The position numbers and the translations under genes are program-made. A stretch of 35,813 bases of DNA from a virus. Below the pieces are notes generated by a model that saw nothing but the letters and a program-made list of their open reading frames with translations, ran no database searches and was not told the origin of the DNA. Position 1 is the first letter of the stretch. Each line of letters opens with the position of its first letter. Where the stretch lies: IMG/VR virus record IMGVR_UViG_2799112432_000001, positions 1 through 35,813 of that record; one strand, 5' to 3'. Shown in pieces: positions 14,909-24,263 of the stretch.

Positions 14909-17343
14909 AAATAGGAGTATTTGATTTAGCCGCTACATTATCGCTTGATAAATCCCAATATGAGCGAGGGCTGAATGAAGCCGAAAAATCAGGTTCAAAC
15001 ATAGGCTCACGAATCGGCGCAGGCTTTGCAAAAGTCGGTAAGGCTGTTGCCGTTGGAATTGGAGCGGCCTCAACAGCTGTCGGAGCGCTTGCCTCAATGT
15101 CTGTTAAAGGTTACTCAGATTATGAGCAGCTTGCAGGCGGTGTAGAAACGTTGTTCAAAAAGTCCTCGCAATCTGTTATTAATAATGCATCAAAGGCTTA
15201 TAAAACGGCGGGTATGTCGGCAAACGAATATATGGAAACCGTTACGGGGTTTTCTGCTTCACTAATTCAGTCTACGTCCCGTGTAGTTGATCAAAGTGTA
15301 AACACTAAGCTTAAACAAGCAAACGCAGAATTAGCGCGACTTGAAAAAACCTCTGGTAAAGGAGTTGCTCAGCAAAAGAAACAGCTCAAGCAAGAAATAA
15401 AAGAACTCGAATCAAATCTGTATAAAACTGTAAAAACGCAGGAAAGTGTGGCTCGTGCTGCCGATCTGGCTGATCAAGCTGTTATCGACATGTCCGATAA
15501 TGCCAATAAAATGGGTTCGGACATTACTTCCATTCAGAATGCGTATCAGGGATTCGCCAAACAAAACTACACCATGCTTGACAACCTGAAGTTGGGTTAT
15601 GGTGGTACTAAGGAAGAAATGGAACGTCTGCTTTCCGACGCGGAAAAGCTCAGTGGGCAGAAGTTCGACCTCTCCAGTTACGCTGACATTGTTCAAGCTA
15701 TACATGTTGTGCAGACTGAGATGGGCATAACAGGAACCACAGCAAAAGAAGCTTCATCTACTATTCAGGGCTCACTTAGTTCTGCAAAGTCCGCATGGCA
15801 GAATCTTGTCGTGGGGCTTTCAGATGAAAACTCTAACATTGACAAGCTGATTAACAATTTCTTTGACAGCATAGTTACCGTTGGCGATAATATTATTCCG
15901 AGAATCGGAGTCGTGTTGAACGGCATTACGGGCATGATTGAAAAGCTTGCGCCGAAGATTGCGGCAAAGCTCCCCAGCATTTTCAAGCAAATTTTGCCTT
16001 CGGTCGTAAAGGGTGCAACCTCGCTGTTGACTGCATTTGTCAGCATTTTGTCTGAGTTTAGCAAAACTATAATTAAATCTTTACCCGACATCATAGCTTC
16101 ATTTAAGACGGTGATTAAAGGGATTGTAGACTCATTGCCATCGTTGGTTAAAACTTTAGTTTCTGCTTTGCCGAACTTGATACTACAGGTTGTTTCGGGT
16201 ATCGTCGATATGGAGGTTTACTTGATGGGACATTTCAGCGAGATTATTCAACCGATTATCGACAAACTGCCTGTTATCCTGATTTCAATTGTCAGTGCGT
16301 TGATGGACAATTTGCCTAAATTGATAGATGGTGCAATATCATTGGTGCTTGGTCTTGTAGACGCATTACCTGATATTATAATGGGGTTGCTCGACGCTCT
16401 GCCGACGGTGATTGAAAAAATCATTTCAGGGTTGCTTGACGCTCTGCCAAAATTAATCGAGGGTTTAATTGAATTGAACCTTAAAATTGTTGAGCATTTG
16501 CCCGAAATTATACTCGGATTGATAGAAGCGATACCAAAGGTTATCGAGTCTATTGTTAAGGCACTTTTAGACGCAGCGCCCAAATTGTGGGACGCGTTTA
16601 CAAAAATTTTCTCGAATGCTTGGGAGAAAGTGAAAGAAATCTTTGCAAAAATCCCCGAATGGTTCTCAAACATCTTTAGCGAAGCATGGAAGGGTATCCA
16701 GTCCATATGGAACAGCGTCGGCAAGTTTTTCTCTGGTATTTGGGACGGCATAAAGAAAGCTTTTTCGGATGTCGGTACTTGGTTCAGCGATATTTTCAAA
16801 AACGCGGTAAAGGGAATAAAAGGCGCATTTGACGGTGTCAAAACGTGGTTTCAGAATTTATGGAACGGAATTTGGAACGTAATCAAAACGCCTATAAACT
16901 GGATTATTGACGGCATTAATTCACTAATTGATGGCTTAAATTCACTTTCAATTCAAATTCCTGATTGGGTGCCTTTTGTTGGTGGTCAGACATGGGGCGT
17001 GAATATTCCGAAGATACCGAAACTCGCAAGAGGCGGTATTGTTGACAGCGGTACACCGTTTATAGCAGGCGAAGCAGGCGCGGAGGCTGTTATACCGCTT
17101 GAAAATAACAACCAGTGGATTTATAAGTTTGCACATGCATTTGCGGATGGTTTAAGCTCATTTTATGATGGCGATAACTTTACGCAAACGCCAAACAAAG
17201 GCGCAGGTGGCAAAGTAGTCAACATCAACCTTTACCTTGATAACGTCAATGTAAAAAACGATGATGACATCGAAGATGTCGCAAATAAAGTATCCGAACG
17301 AATCGCTGAAAAACTTGTAGCGGAAGGAATGGCGGTAGGATAA
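14905..17343 (+). CDS. tape measure protein (start unresolved; first in-frame ATG is 15097)
   Basis: The frame is open from 14905. The upstream 64 codons (EIGVFDLAATLSLDKSQYERGL...GKAVAVGIGAASTAVGALAS) look like a genuine TMP N-terminus. The body has long helical LPxxI repeats and the C-terminal region has GEAGAEAVIPLE. Confidence 0.8.
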   Translation, partial: VEIGVFDLAATLSLDKSQYERGLNEAEKSGSNIGSRIGAGFAKVGKAVAVGIGAASTAVGALASMSVKGYSDYEQLAGGVETLFKKSSQSVINNASKAYKTAGMSANEYMETVTGFSASLIQSTSRVVDQSVNTKLKQANAELARLEKTSGKGVAQQKKQLKQEIKELESNLYKTVKTQESVARAADLADQAVIDMSDNANKMGSDITSIQNAYQGFAKQNYTMLDNLKLGYGGTKEEMERLLSDAEKLSGQKFDLSSYADIVQAIHVVQTEMGITGTTAKEASSTIQGSLSSAKSAWQNLVVGLSDENSNIDKLINNFFDSIVTVGDNIIPRIGVVLNGITGMIEKLAPKIAAKLPSIFKQILPSVVKGATSLLTAFVSILSEFSKTIIKSLPDIIASFKTVIKGIVDSLPSLVKTLVSALPNLILQVVSGIVDMEVYLMGHFSEIIQPIIDKLPVILISIVSALMDNLPKLIDGAISLVLGLVDALPDIIMGLLDALPTVIEKIISGLLDALPKLIEGLIELNLKIVEHLPEIILGLIEAIPKVIESIVKALLDAAPKLWDAFTKIFSNAWEKVKEIFAKIPEWFSNIFSEAWKGIQSIWNSVGKFFSGIWDGIKKAFSDVGTWFSDIFKNAVKGIKGAFDGVKTWFQNLWNGIWNVIKTPINWIIDGINSLIDGLNSLSIQIPDWVPFVGGQTWGVNIPKIPKLARGGIVDSGTPFIAGEAGAEAVIPLENNNQWIYKFAHAFADGLSSFYDGDNFTQTPNKGAGGKVVNINLYLDNVNVKNDDDIEDVANKVSERIAEKLVAEGMAVG

Positions 17344-18128
17344 TGAGTTTTAATTATTTTACTTTTAACGGTCAGCGCCTTGAAGATTTCGGATTTGTCG
17401 TCAAGAAGAAACCGCGATATATCATCGCCGAAAAGGACTACACGTCTGAGGAAATCGCAGGAAAAGACGGCAATATTATCGCTTATAACGGAAGGTACAA
17501 GAACCGAACTGCAACATATACCATTATAAGCCTTCCGACCCGTGTGCACTGCTCAAATCGGGAGTTGGTAAATAAACTAAATTACTGGCTCAACGCGGAA
17601 ACAGGGTACTGTAAATTTACTGATACCTTTAATCAGGGATTATACACAGAGGCTTTTTGCTCAAAAATTGCTAACGTGCAGAACCATATGGATGGAGTTG
17701 TTGAAGCTGAGGTAACATTTGACATGAAACCATTTTGGTACATCGACAATGATATCGAGGTCAACAATTCGCCCCATGATAAAACGTTTGTGCTGCAAAA
17801 CCCCACAGGATTTTTATGCTATCCAAAAATAACAGTTAAGGCTAATCTAAATATCAATAGTCTTTATTTCATTTTTACAGACAACAGTTCCAATGAGCAG
17901 GCCTTTCGAATTCCTGATACCCGAACCTTTGGAGATAGGGTTGTTGAGATTGTTTACGATTCAGAAACCGGAGACGTTACAATTGAGGGTCAGCCATACA
18001 ATTACTTAATTCTCAATTTTAACCGCCCGCCTGCTTTTTCAATAGGTGAAAACAGAATTAGAATAAACCATATCAATGAGAACACCATCCCTTACATTTT
18101 GATAGAACCGAGGTGGCGTATGCTGTGA
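17343..18128 (+). CDS. distal tail protein (Dit)
   Basis: 261 aa, ATGA overlap with the tape measure stop, first gene after the TMP. Confidence 0.65.
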   Translation: MSFNYFTFNGQRLEDFGFVVKKKPRYIIAEKDYTSEEIAGKDGNIIAYNGRYKNRTATYTIISLPTRVHCSNRELVNKLNYWLNAETGYCKFTDTFNQGLYTEAFCSKIANVQNHMDGVVEAEVTFDMKPFWYIDNDIEVNNSPHDKTFVLQNPTGFLCYPKITVKANLNINSLYFIFTDNSSNEQAFRIPDTRTFGDRVVEIVYDSETGDVTIEGQPYNYLILNFNRPPAFSIGENRIRINHINENTIPYILIEPRWRML

Positions 18129-19324
18129 CACCAAAACTATATGATGAAGATTATGCTACCGGAGGAGTGTATGGAGATTCAAGCCGTAACGGTTATGGCT
18201 TTTTAAACACGTGCCAAAAATGTCTTGTTGAAGAAAAAACATCGGGCGTATACACGCTTGAAATGGAATTGTTAACAACTGACCGATACGCAGAGCATGT
18301 ATTGCCGAACAAGTTTGTTAAAATCATACCAAACAAAATGCACAACCCTCAATTATTCCAGATTTACCGCGTTAAGGAGGAAGGAAAAAAGCTGAGTGTA
18401 TCGGGGTGCCACATAAAATATCTTGCGGAAAATAACATGATATCCCGATATAATGCTTATGTAAGTATAACTCCGCCTGATGGGAGATATCTTACAGTGC
18501 CAAAAACGCAACGAGACACAGCACATGACTTTCTTAAATCTCTTAAAGAAGACAGATTATTTTTAATTGAAGATTACTCAAATTCAACAATACCCATCGC
18601 ATTCCAACGGCAATTCAATATCACCGCTGATACTAATATCGAAGCGAAAACAATTCACTTGCGTAAATTTACGGGCAAAAAGCTCGGAGACCTCTTGACG
18701 GATAAAGAGTATGGAATGGGGCAGTACGACGGTGAATGGCTGTATGATAACTATAAGTTGACTTTAACAAAGCGCGGTAAAGGCGAAGCAGTAAAGCTTA
18801 GATATGGGTACGACTTAAAAAACGTAACAATTGAATATTCAAGCGATAATAATTATAACGTTGTTGTCCCGTATGGAAGAGTTAGAACGTCCGGCGAAGC
18901 TGAATTCTATCTCGGAGGGACACCGGTTTTTTTGAACACGGTTGAAGCTCACAAATACCCACGCTTAAGGGCTGTTGACGTGTCAGAACATTTGCCTGAA
19001 TTAAGTGTTGATACTAATACAGGCAGCGGGATGAAGGACGCGTTTGATCAAATCAACACAGTGTTCTCAGGTGTATACTACCGCGGAAAATACCACGCAA
19101 GAGGTTATGAAATTGCAGTAACAGCCGAGTTAAATTATGAGTCAAAAACAGTGCAGGGGCTTGGTCTATACGACCCTGTTGTTCTTGTGACTGAAAGCGG
19201 TAGGGAAATTTTATCAAAAGTCAACGGGGTAACGTTCGACGCGCTGAACGAAAAGATCGTAAAAATCGAGCTTGATAACAAGCCGCTAACTTTGCAAGAT
19301 ATGATTTCAAAGAAAAGGAGGTAA
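18113..19324 (+). CDS. tail-associated / baseplate hub protein (Tal-like)
   Basis: 403 aa, second gene after the TMP. The start is GTG 18113 or in-frame GTG 18125. Confidence 0.55.
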   Translation: MAYAVTPKLYDEDYATGGVYGDSSRNGYGFLNTCQKCLVEEKTSGVYTLEMELLTTDRYAEHVLPNKFVKIIPNKMHNPQLFQIYRVKEEGKKLSVSGCHIKYLAENNMISRYNAYVSITPPDGRYLTVPKTQRDTAHDFLKSLKEDRLFLIEDYSNSTIPIAFQRQFNITADTNIEAKTIHLRKFTGKKLGDLLTDKEYGMGQYDGEWLYDNYKLTLTKRGKGEAVKLRYGYDLKNVTIEYSSDNNYNVVVPYGRVRTSGEAEFYLGGTPVFLNTVEAHKYPRLRAVDVSEHLPELSVDTNTGSGMKDAFDQINTVFSGVYYRGKYHARGYEIAVTAELNYESKTVQGLGLYDPVVLVTESGREILSKVNGVTFDALNEKIVKIELDNKPLTLQDMISKKRR

Positions 19325-19328
19325 AGCT

Positions 19329-21950
19329 ATGAATAATATAACATATGCCGTAAGTGTTGACGTGAACAATCCAATTATACCGTATAACGTGTATGTGGCA
19401 AGCGTTTTGGATTCAAACGTGAGATACCTTGAAATAACGTTGTATCAAAACGGCAATGTTATTGCACTTAGTAATACTGCAACCGCAACGGCATCGCTTG
19501 TGACAGATAACGTGCTTGTAAATGATAGTGTTAACTGTACTATTTCAGGCAGTATCATAACCGTGCCGTTGGAGGACTTACAGCGGCACGGTAATCTTGA
19601 TGTACAGGTAACTGTCACTGAGGGTACAAAGGTTTTAGCAATTCCGTTTCCAATACAAGTAAGGGTGACTCCGAATATTGCGGAGGAAGCGCAAATTGAC
19701 AATGACTCGCTCGGATCATACGCCGAGGTGGTCAGAGAGATCGCCGCCGCCCGGGGTGATTATCCCGACCTTAAAGACAGGCTCGATGGTGAGATTGACA
19801 GAATTGATGATGATATTTCAGACATCAACACGGCACTGCTGGGTAAGGCAAACAAGGCTGCCGCAGGCTCCGCCGGAGAGCTGGCGGCGCTGGACGGTAA
19901 CGGGTCGCCGATACGGTCTGGCGTTTCGGTTATACAAAGCATCGGCGAGGGCAGCAACAGCAGGGTGCCGACGACGGCGGCGGTGAAAAATGCGCTGGAC
20001 GGAAAGGCGGACAAGGCTGCGGCAGGAACCGACGGCGAGCTGGCTGCGCTGGACGATAACGGGGCGCTGAAACGGTCGGGGGTCACGGTTGCGCAGAGCG
20101 TCGGCGAGGGCAGCACTGACAAGGTGCCGACGACTGAGGCTGTGCGTAACGCGCTGAACGACGCGGAAGATACAACCGCTGAAAACATAGATTGGATTTT
20201 TCAGGGTAACAGCGCCTTTTTTCCGCAACTGTATTTTGAGCAGTATTTCACAGCAAACGGCAGCAATTACAGGCTGATCTATGATGATAGAGACGGCGAA
20301 AGACATGTGCTGTTTGACTTTGCGCAGCTGCCTGCCGCTACGGGTGAGAAGGGAGAGAAGGGCGACCCCGGCAACGATTATGTTTTGACCGAGCAGGACA
20401 AGGCAGACATTGCGGGAATGGTGGACATAAGCGGAAAAGCCGACAAGGCGACAACGCTTGCAGGGTACGGCATCACAGACGCGTACACCAAAACGCAGAC
20501 AGACACTTTTTTCTCGGACACAAACGCCGACATCGCCGACCTCAAAGCTTATATCGGCTACACCGACGGCGATATCCTCGGCTTGCATGCCGATTTTGAG
20601 AACAAGGTATTTACAAGGCTCGGCGCGGCAGTCGGACTGACGGCAGGTCAGGATTTCAATGCTTTCACGATGTACGGTGGCAGACGCAGGTGCTGTGTTT
20701 CTAATGATGGAACGATTAATGCCTACTACGGAGAACAGGATTATGTCGAAGATGGCTCCAATGGTCAGGTCATGGTGTATCAGCCGAAATTCTACTACTG
20801 CATGGTGCCGCTCAAGCTCGAAAAACAGGCTTCCGGAATAGGCTATCATATCCGCAAGGCGAATTACTACGTTACCGCGAATCCGCATCCCGGCTTCAAG
20901 CTCCATCCGCTCTTTTACGACGCGAACGGCAATGAGGTCGACTATGTGCTCCTCTCGGCGTATGAGGGCAGCATGTACGATGTATCTGAATCGGCTTACG
21001 TCAACGACGGCGTTGACAGCATCAGCTACGCGAGCGGCGACCTGCTCTGCTCGGTATCGGGCAAAAAGCCGATCAGCGGCAAGCTTGGCGGTGTTGGAAG
21101 CAAAACACAGTTTGAAACAATGGCAAACAATATTGGTTCCGGCTGGCATCTGAACACCATCAAGGCTGAAAGTGCAAACCGACTTCTGATGATTATTGAA
21201 CTGGGAAGGTTCAACACACAGGCGGCTATTGGTCAGGGTGTTGTTAGACAGTCAGGTGCATCAGGTGCAGACAATGCTTCATCTTTAACTGGTTCAACAG
21301 CAAACCTTGGCAATGGAACAGGACAAGCAACAGAAACCATTGCTGAATCAGCTGGAACGGAAACTGTCAACACAACAAGCAGCAAACTGTCTATCAGTTA
21401 CAGAGGTGTTGAAAATCCTTGGGGCAACATCTGGAAGCATACCAACGGCATCAACCTTTGGGGTGATGGTCACATGGGCGGTGGTCAGGTGTTCATTTGT
21501 GATGATTTCAGCTTCAGTGAAAGCAAGCACGATGGAAATTATCAGTCAGCAGGATTCACCATTTCCAATGGTAACGGTTATGTTTCCGCATTTGGTTATG
21601 GTGATGAAGAATTTGACTGGTTGTTCATGCCCTCAGAAACAACCGGAAACAGTTCACTTCCTGTTGGTGATAACTATTGGTGTACACCCAACCTGAATGG
21701 TTACCGTATTGCTCTATTGGGCGGTAAGTGGAATGACTTTGCTGATGCGGGCGGTTTCTGTTGGCGTTGTGCCGATCCGCCCGGCACTCGGCATTTCGTT
21801 ATCGGCGGTCGCTTGCTGTATGTACCGACCGCAACGGGTTTCGGACCGCAGGGACCGGCAGGCAGTAACTACGCCCTCACTGCCGCCGACAGGCAGGCGA
21901 TCGCGCAGATCGCGATGGACGGCTTGAACGGAAACGGGGTGGCGTACTGA
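19329..21950 (+). CDS. receptor-binding / tail fibre protein (BppU-like N-terminal anchor, fibre repeats, collagen-like triplets, globular C-terminal domain)
   Basis: The N-terminal ~115 aa (ITYAVSVDVNN...LDSNVRYLEITLYQNG...ITVPL...VQVTV...PFPIQVRVTPNI) resemble the BppU_N Ig-like domain. Next come 2x53-aa repeats, GEKGEKGDPG, LAGYGITDAYTKTQTD, and a C-terminal GGKWND...GGFCWRC...IGGRLLYVP segment. Confidence 0.7.
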   Translation: MNNITYAVSVDVNNPIIPYNVYVASVLDSNVRYLEITLYQNGNVIALSNTATATASLVTDNVLVNDSVNCTISGSIITVPLEDLQRHGNLDVQVTVTEGTKVLAIPFPIQVRVTPNIAEEAQIDNDSLGSYAEVVREIAAARGDYPDLKDRLDGEIDRIDDDISDINTALLGKANKAAAGSAGELAALDGNGSPIRSGVSVIQSIGEGSNSRVPTTAAVKNALDGKADKAAAGTDGELAALDDNGALKRSGVTVAQSVGEGSTDKVPTTEAVRNALNDAEDTTAENIDWIFQGNSAFFPQLYFEQYFTANGSNYRLIYDDRDGERHVLFDFAQLPAATGEKGEKGDPGNDYVLTEQDKADIAGMVDISGKADKATTLAGYGITDAYTKTQTDTFFSDTNADIADLKAYIGYTDGDILGLHADFENKVFTRLGAAVGLTAGQDFNAFTMYGGRRRCCVSNDGTINAYYGEQDYVEDGSNGQVMVYQPKFYYCMVPLKLEKQASGIGYHIRKANYYVTANPHPGFKLHPLFYDANGNEVDYVLLSAYEGSMYDVSESAYVNDGVDSISYASGDLLCSVSGKKPISGKLGGVGSKTQFETMANNIGSGWHLNTIKAESANRLLMIIELGRFNTQAAIGQGVVRQSGASGADNASSLTGSTANLGNGTGQATETIAESAGTETVNTTSSKLSISYRGVENPWGNIWKHTNGINLWGDGHMGGGQVFICDDFSFSESKHDGNYQSAGFTISNGNGYVSAFGYGDEEFDWLFMPSETTGNSSLPVGDNYWCTPNLNGYRIALLGGKWNDFADAGGFCWRCADPPGTRHFVIGGRLLYVPTATGFGPQGPAGSNYALTAADRQAIAQIAMDGLNGNGVAY
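19842..20159 (+). repeat. 2 x 159-nt in-frame tandem duplication inside the fibre gene
   Basis: GKANKAAAGSAGELAALDGNGSPIRSGVSVIQSIGEGSNSRVPTTAAVKNALD is followed by GKADKAAAGTDGELAALDDNGALKRSGVTVAQSVGEGSTDKVPTTEAVRNALN. The unit boundaries are 19842/20001/20159. Confidence 0.85.
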
Positions 21951-23791
21951 TGGGACAGAAGTTCTATAATGAAGCGGATGTGCAGGCGATAGCCGCCGCG
22001 ATCCGCGCCAAAAACGGCACGCAGAACACCTACACCGTCAGTCAGATGCCGGCGGCGATAGCGGCGATCACAACGGGCGTGCCGGCTGAAACGCTTGTTT
22101 ATGCGCAGCGCAACGCCGCCGCAGGCGCGTTTGTGGACGAGGTGACCTACGACCCTGCCGATTATACCGTGAGCCGTATCGCGGCATATGTTGGCGCAAG
22201 CGGCAACGACAAGCCCCTCGGCGGCACGTTTTCAGCCCCCGAAAACGGCAGGGTGGTCCTGCTCGACAGCGGCAGATGTGCCGTGCTGACGGTCAGCGCA
22301 GGAAACAATACGCTCTACAATATCACGCCGAACACCACGGGCGCGTTCGTCTTTTTGACCCAAGACGACCGCATCGGCGCGGTCGGCACGCTCCGACCGG
22401 GCGGCGCCCTGCGCATGCTCAAACTGAATGACGCGTCGAACGTCCGCGACCTCGGCGGCTGGGCTTGCGACGGTGGCACGGTGCGCTACGGCAAGCTCTT
22501 CCGCGGCAGCCGGCTGTTTATCAGCGGCAGTGTCAACGCCTACGACAAGACGGTGCTGCACGACCTGCTCGGCATACAGCACGAGCTCGACCTGCGCTAC
22601 GCAAACGAGCTGGAACGCGACTTTTCGCTGATCGGCAGCGACGTGGACTGGACGCACATCGACGGCGCATGGTACGCGATAAGAGACAGCGCAAAATGCC
22701 GTGCGATCCTTGAATGCGTGTTTGACTGCGTTCTGAACGGAATCCCTCTGTATTTTCACTGCGCAGGCGGCGCCGACAGGACCGGCACACTATCTATGTG
22801 GCTCGAAGCCCTGCTCGGCGTTTCGCAGAGCGACATCGACAAGGACTATGAGCTGACAAGTTTTTTTTCGGGCGTTGCCACCGACGCGCAGGCGCGCCGC
22901 AGAAACGAAAGCGAATGGCAGGGCTTGATAACGGCGTTTCGGGATTATCCGGGCGACACTATCCGCGACAGGGTCTTTGCATGGACAGTCACGTTGGGAA
23001 TACCGGTCGCAACAATCAACGCTTTTCGTGCCGCCATGATAAACGGCACGCCGCAAGCGCTGGTGAATCCCTACGGCACGGTCGCGGTCGGTCAGGCGCT
23101 CACGCGCATAACCATTGACAATGCGGCGCAGTCAACCGAGATGTATCAGCCTTACACGGCGACCCTCAGCGCCGACAGCGGTTATTCCCTCGCCGGCGCG
23201 AGCGTTGCGGTCACGATGGGCGGCGTTGACGTGACGGCGGACTGCTATCAGAACGGCGTTATTCACATTGAGCAGGTGACCGGTGCGCTGACCATCACTG
23301 CGACTGCCGCGGCGCAGTACACTAACCAAATTCTATTTGCAACCGACGCCATCGGCGGCACGGCGCTCTACAACGGCACCGGCTACAAGCAGGGCTACCG
23401 CTGGACTACGAGCAACACCGAGGACAACGGCGAAATTTCGGGCATCCCGAACAAGTTCGCGGTCGGCTACATCAAGGTAGAGCCGGGCGATGTGGTGCAC
23501 CTCTACGGCGACATCTGGAAGGGCACCTCCGGCGGTATCTCGATGCACGTCCAAAACGCGACGGACACAAGATTGGTGCGCGCAACATTGGCAAACTGGT
23601 CGGACGGCTATACGGCGCGGTCAGACATCATGGCATATATGTCCGACATCGACTACGACGACACCACCAAGACGCTGCGCTCCTTTAGGTGGACAGGCGG
23701 CACAAGCGCCGTCACGGGCTACATGCACTGGACGTTTGTCGGCGTTTTTGACGCGTACCAAACTGTATTGACGATTAATGAGGAGATGTAA
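21950..23791 (+). CDS. tail fibre-module protein with an internal tyrosine-phosphatase-fold (Y_phosphatase3-like) domain
   Basis: It contains NVRDLGGW...VRYGKLFRGSRL...LGIQHELDLRYANE...YFHCAGGADRTGTLSMWLEALLGVSQSDIDKDYELT, with a CX5R P-loop at 22757-22786. The N-terminus is fibre-style (YTVSQMPAAIAAI) and the C-terminus is beta-rich. ATGA-type overlap with the upstream stop. Confidence 0.75.
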   Translation: MGQKFYNEADVQAIAAAIRAKNGTQNTYTVSQMPAAIAAITTGVPAETLVYAQRNAAAGAFVDEVTYDPADYTVSRIAAYVGASGNDKPLGGTFSAPENGRVVLLDSGRCAVLTVSAGNNTLYNITPNTTGAFVFLTQDDRIGAVGTLRPGGALRMLKLNDASNVRDLGGWACDGGTVRYGKLFRGSRLFISGSVNAYDKTVLHDLLGIQHELDLRYANELERDFSLIGSDVDWTHIDGAWYAIRDSAKCRAILECVFDCVLNGIPLYFHCAGGADRTGTLSMWLEALLGVSQSDIDKDYELTSFFSGVATDAQARRRNESEWQGLITAFRDYPGDTIRDRVFAWTVTLGIPVATINAFRAAMINGTPQALVNPYGTVAVGQALTRITIDNAAQSTEMYQPYTATLSADSGYSLAGASVAVTMGGVDVTADCYQNGVIHIEQVTGALTITATAAAQYTNQILFATDAIGGTALYNGTGYKQGYRWTTSNTEDNGEISGIPNKFAVGYIKVEPGDVVHLYGDIWKGTSGGISMHVQNATDTRLVRATLANWSDGYTARSDIMAYMSDIDYDDTTKTLRSFRWTGGTSAVTGYMHWTFVGVFDAYQTVLTINEEM

Positions 23792-23798
23792 ATAAAGC

Positions 23799-24263
23799 AT
23801 GAAAGATTTGATTCACATTCTTTTCGCCGGAGCCGTCGGTGCTCTGGCGGCATATTTTAACGTTTTAGCCGTGCCGCTGGTCGTGCTGGTCGCGGCCATG
23901 CTGATTGATTATGTCACCGGCATGACGGCGGCAAGCTACACAAAGCAGCTCAACAGCCGCGTCGGCGTGATCGGTATTGTCAAAAAGGTCTGCTATTTGG
24001 CGCTGGTCGCGGTCGGTATGGTGGTTGATTACCTGATAAGCTCGGCGCTGGTTTCCATCGGCATCAGCTTGCAGATCAATTATTGTTTCGGTATGATTAT
24101 AACCGTCTGGCTGATTATCAATGAATTGATTTCAATTTTGGAGAACCTCGGCGAGATGGGCGTGCCGCTGCCGTCGTTTTTGACAAGCATGATCAAGACG
24201 TTAAAGAGTAAGGTTGAGGAACAGGGCAAGCATTATCAAAAAGACAAGGATTCGGAGGAATGA
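23799..24263 (+). CDS. holin (Phage_holin_4_1 / toxin-secretion-holin type)
   Basis: Multiple TM helices. LIDYVTGMTAASYTKQLNSRVGVIGIVKKV matches the D-x-x-TG...S-x-x-G-x-x-G-x-x-KK motif of that holin family. It lies upstream of the endolysin. Confidence 0.7.
   Translation: MKDLIHILFAGAVGALAAYFNVLAVPLVVLVAAMLIDYVTGMTAASYTKQLNSRVGVIGIVKKVCYLALVAVGMVVDYLISSALVSIGISLQINYCFGMIITVWLIINELISILENLGEMGVPLPSFLTSMIKTLKSKVEEQGKHYQKDKDSEE

Noticed and set aside
19818-21149. A 443-aa minus-strand ORF, plus many other 60-175-aa ORFs in both strands between 19.7 and 26 kb (for example 22232..22759, 19760..20188, 24568..25026).
   Set aside because: They fall in the GC-rich block where stop codons are rare. 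They have Arg/Ala/Pro-rich nonsense composition and no RBS. They are fully overlapped by + strand genes with strong motif support.
21600-21950. Possible diversity-generating retroelement target: the C-terminus of the receptor-binding protein (GGKWNDFADAGGFCWRC...IGGRLLYVP) resembles C-type-lectin-fold variable regions.
   Set aside because: No reverse transcriptase ORF exists anywhere in the circle. I could find no template-repeat copy of this segment elsewhere, and there are no adenine-specific mismatched repeats.
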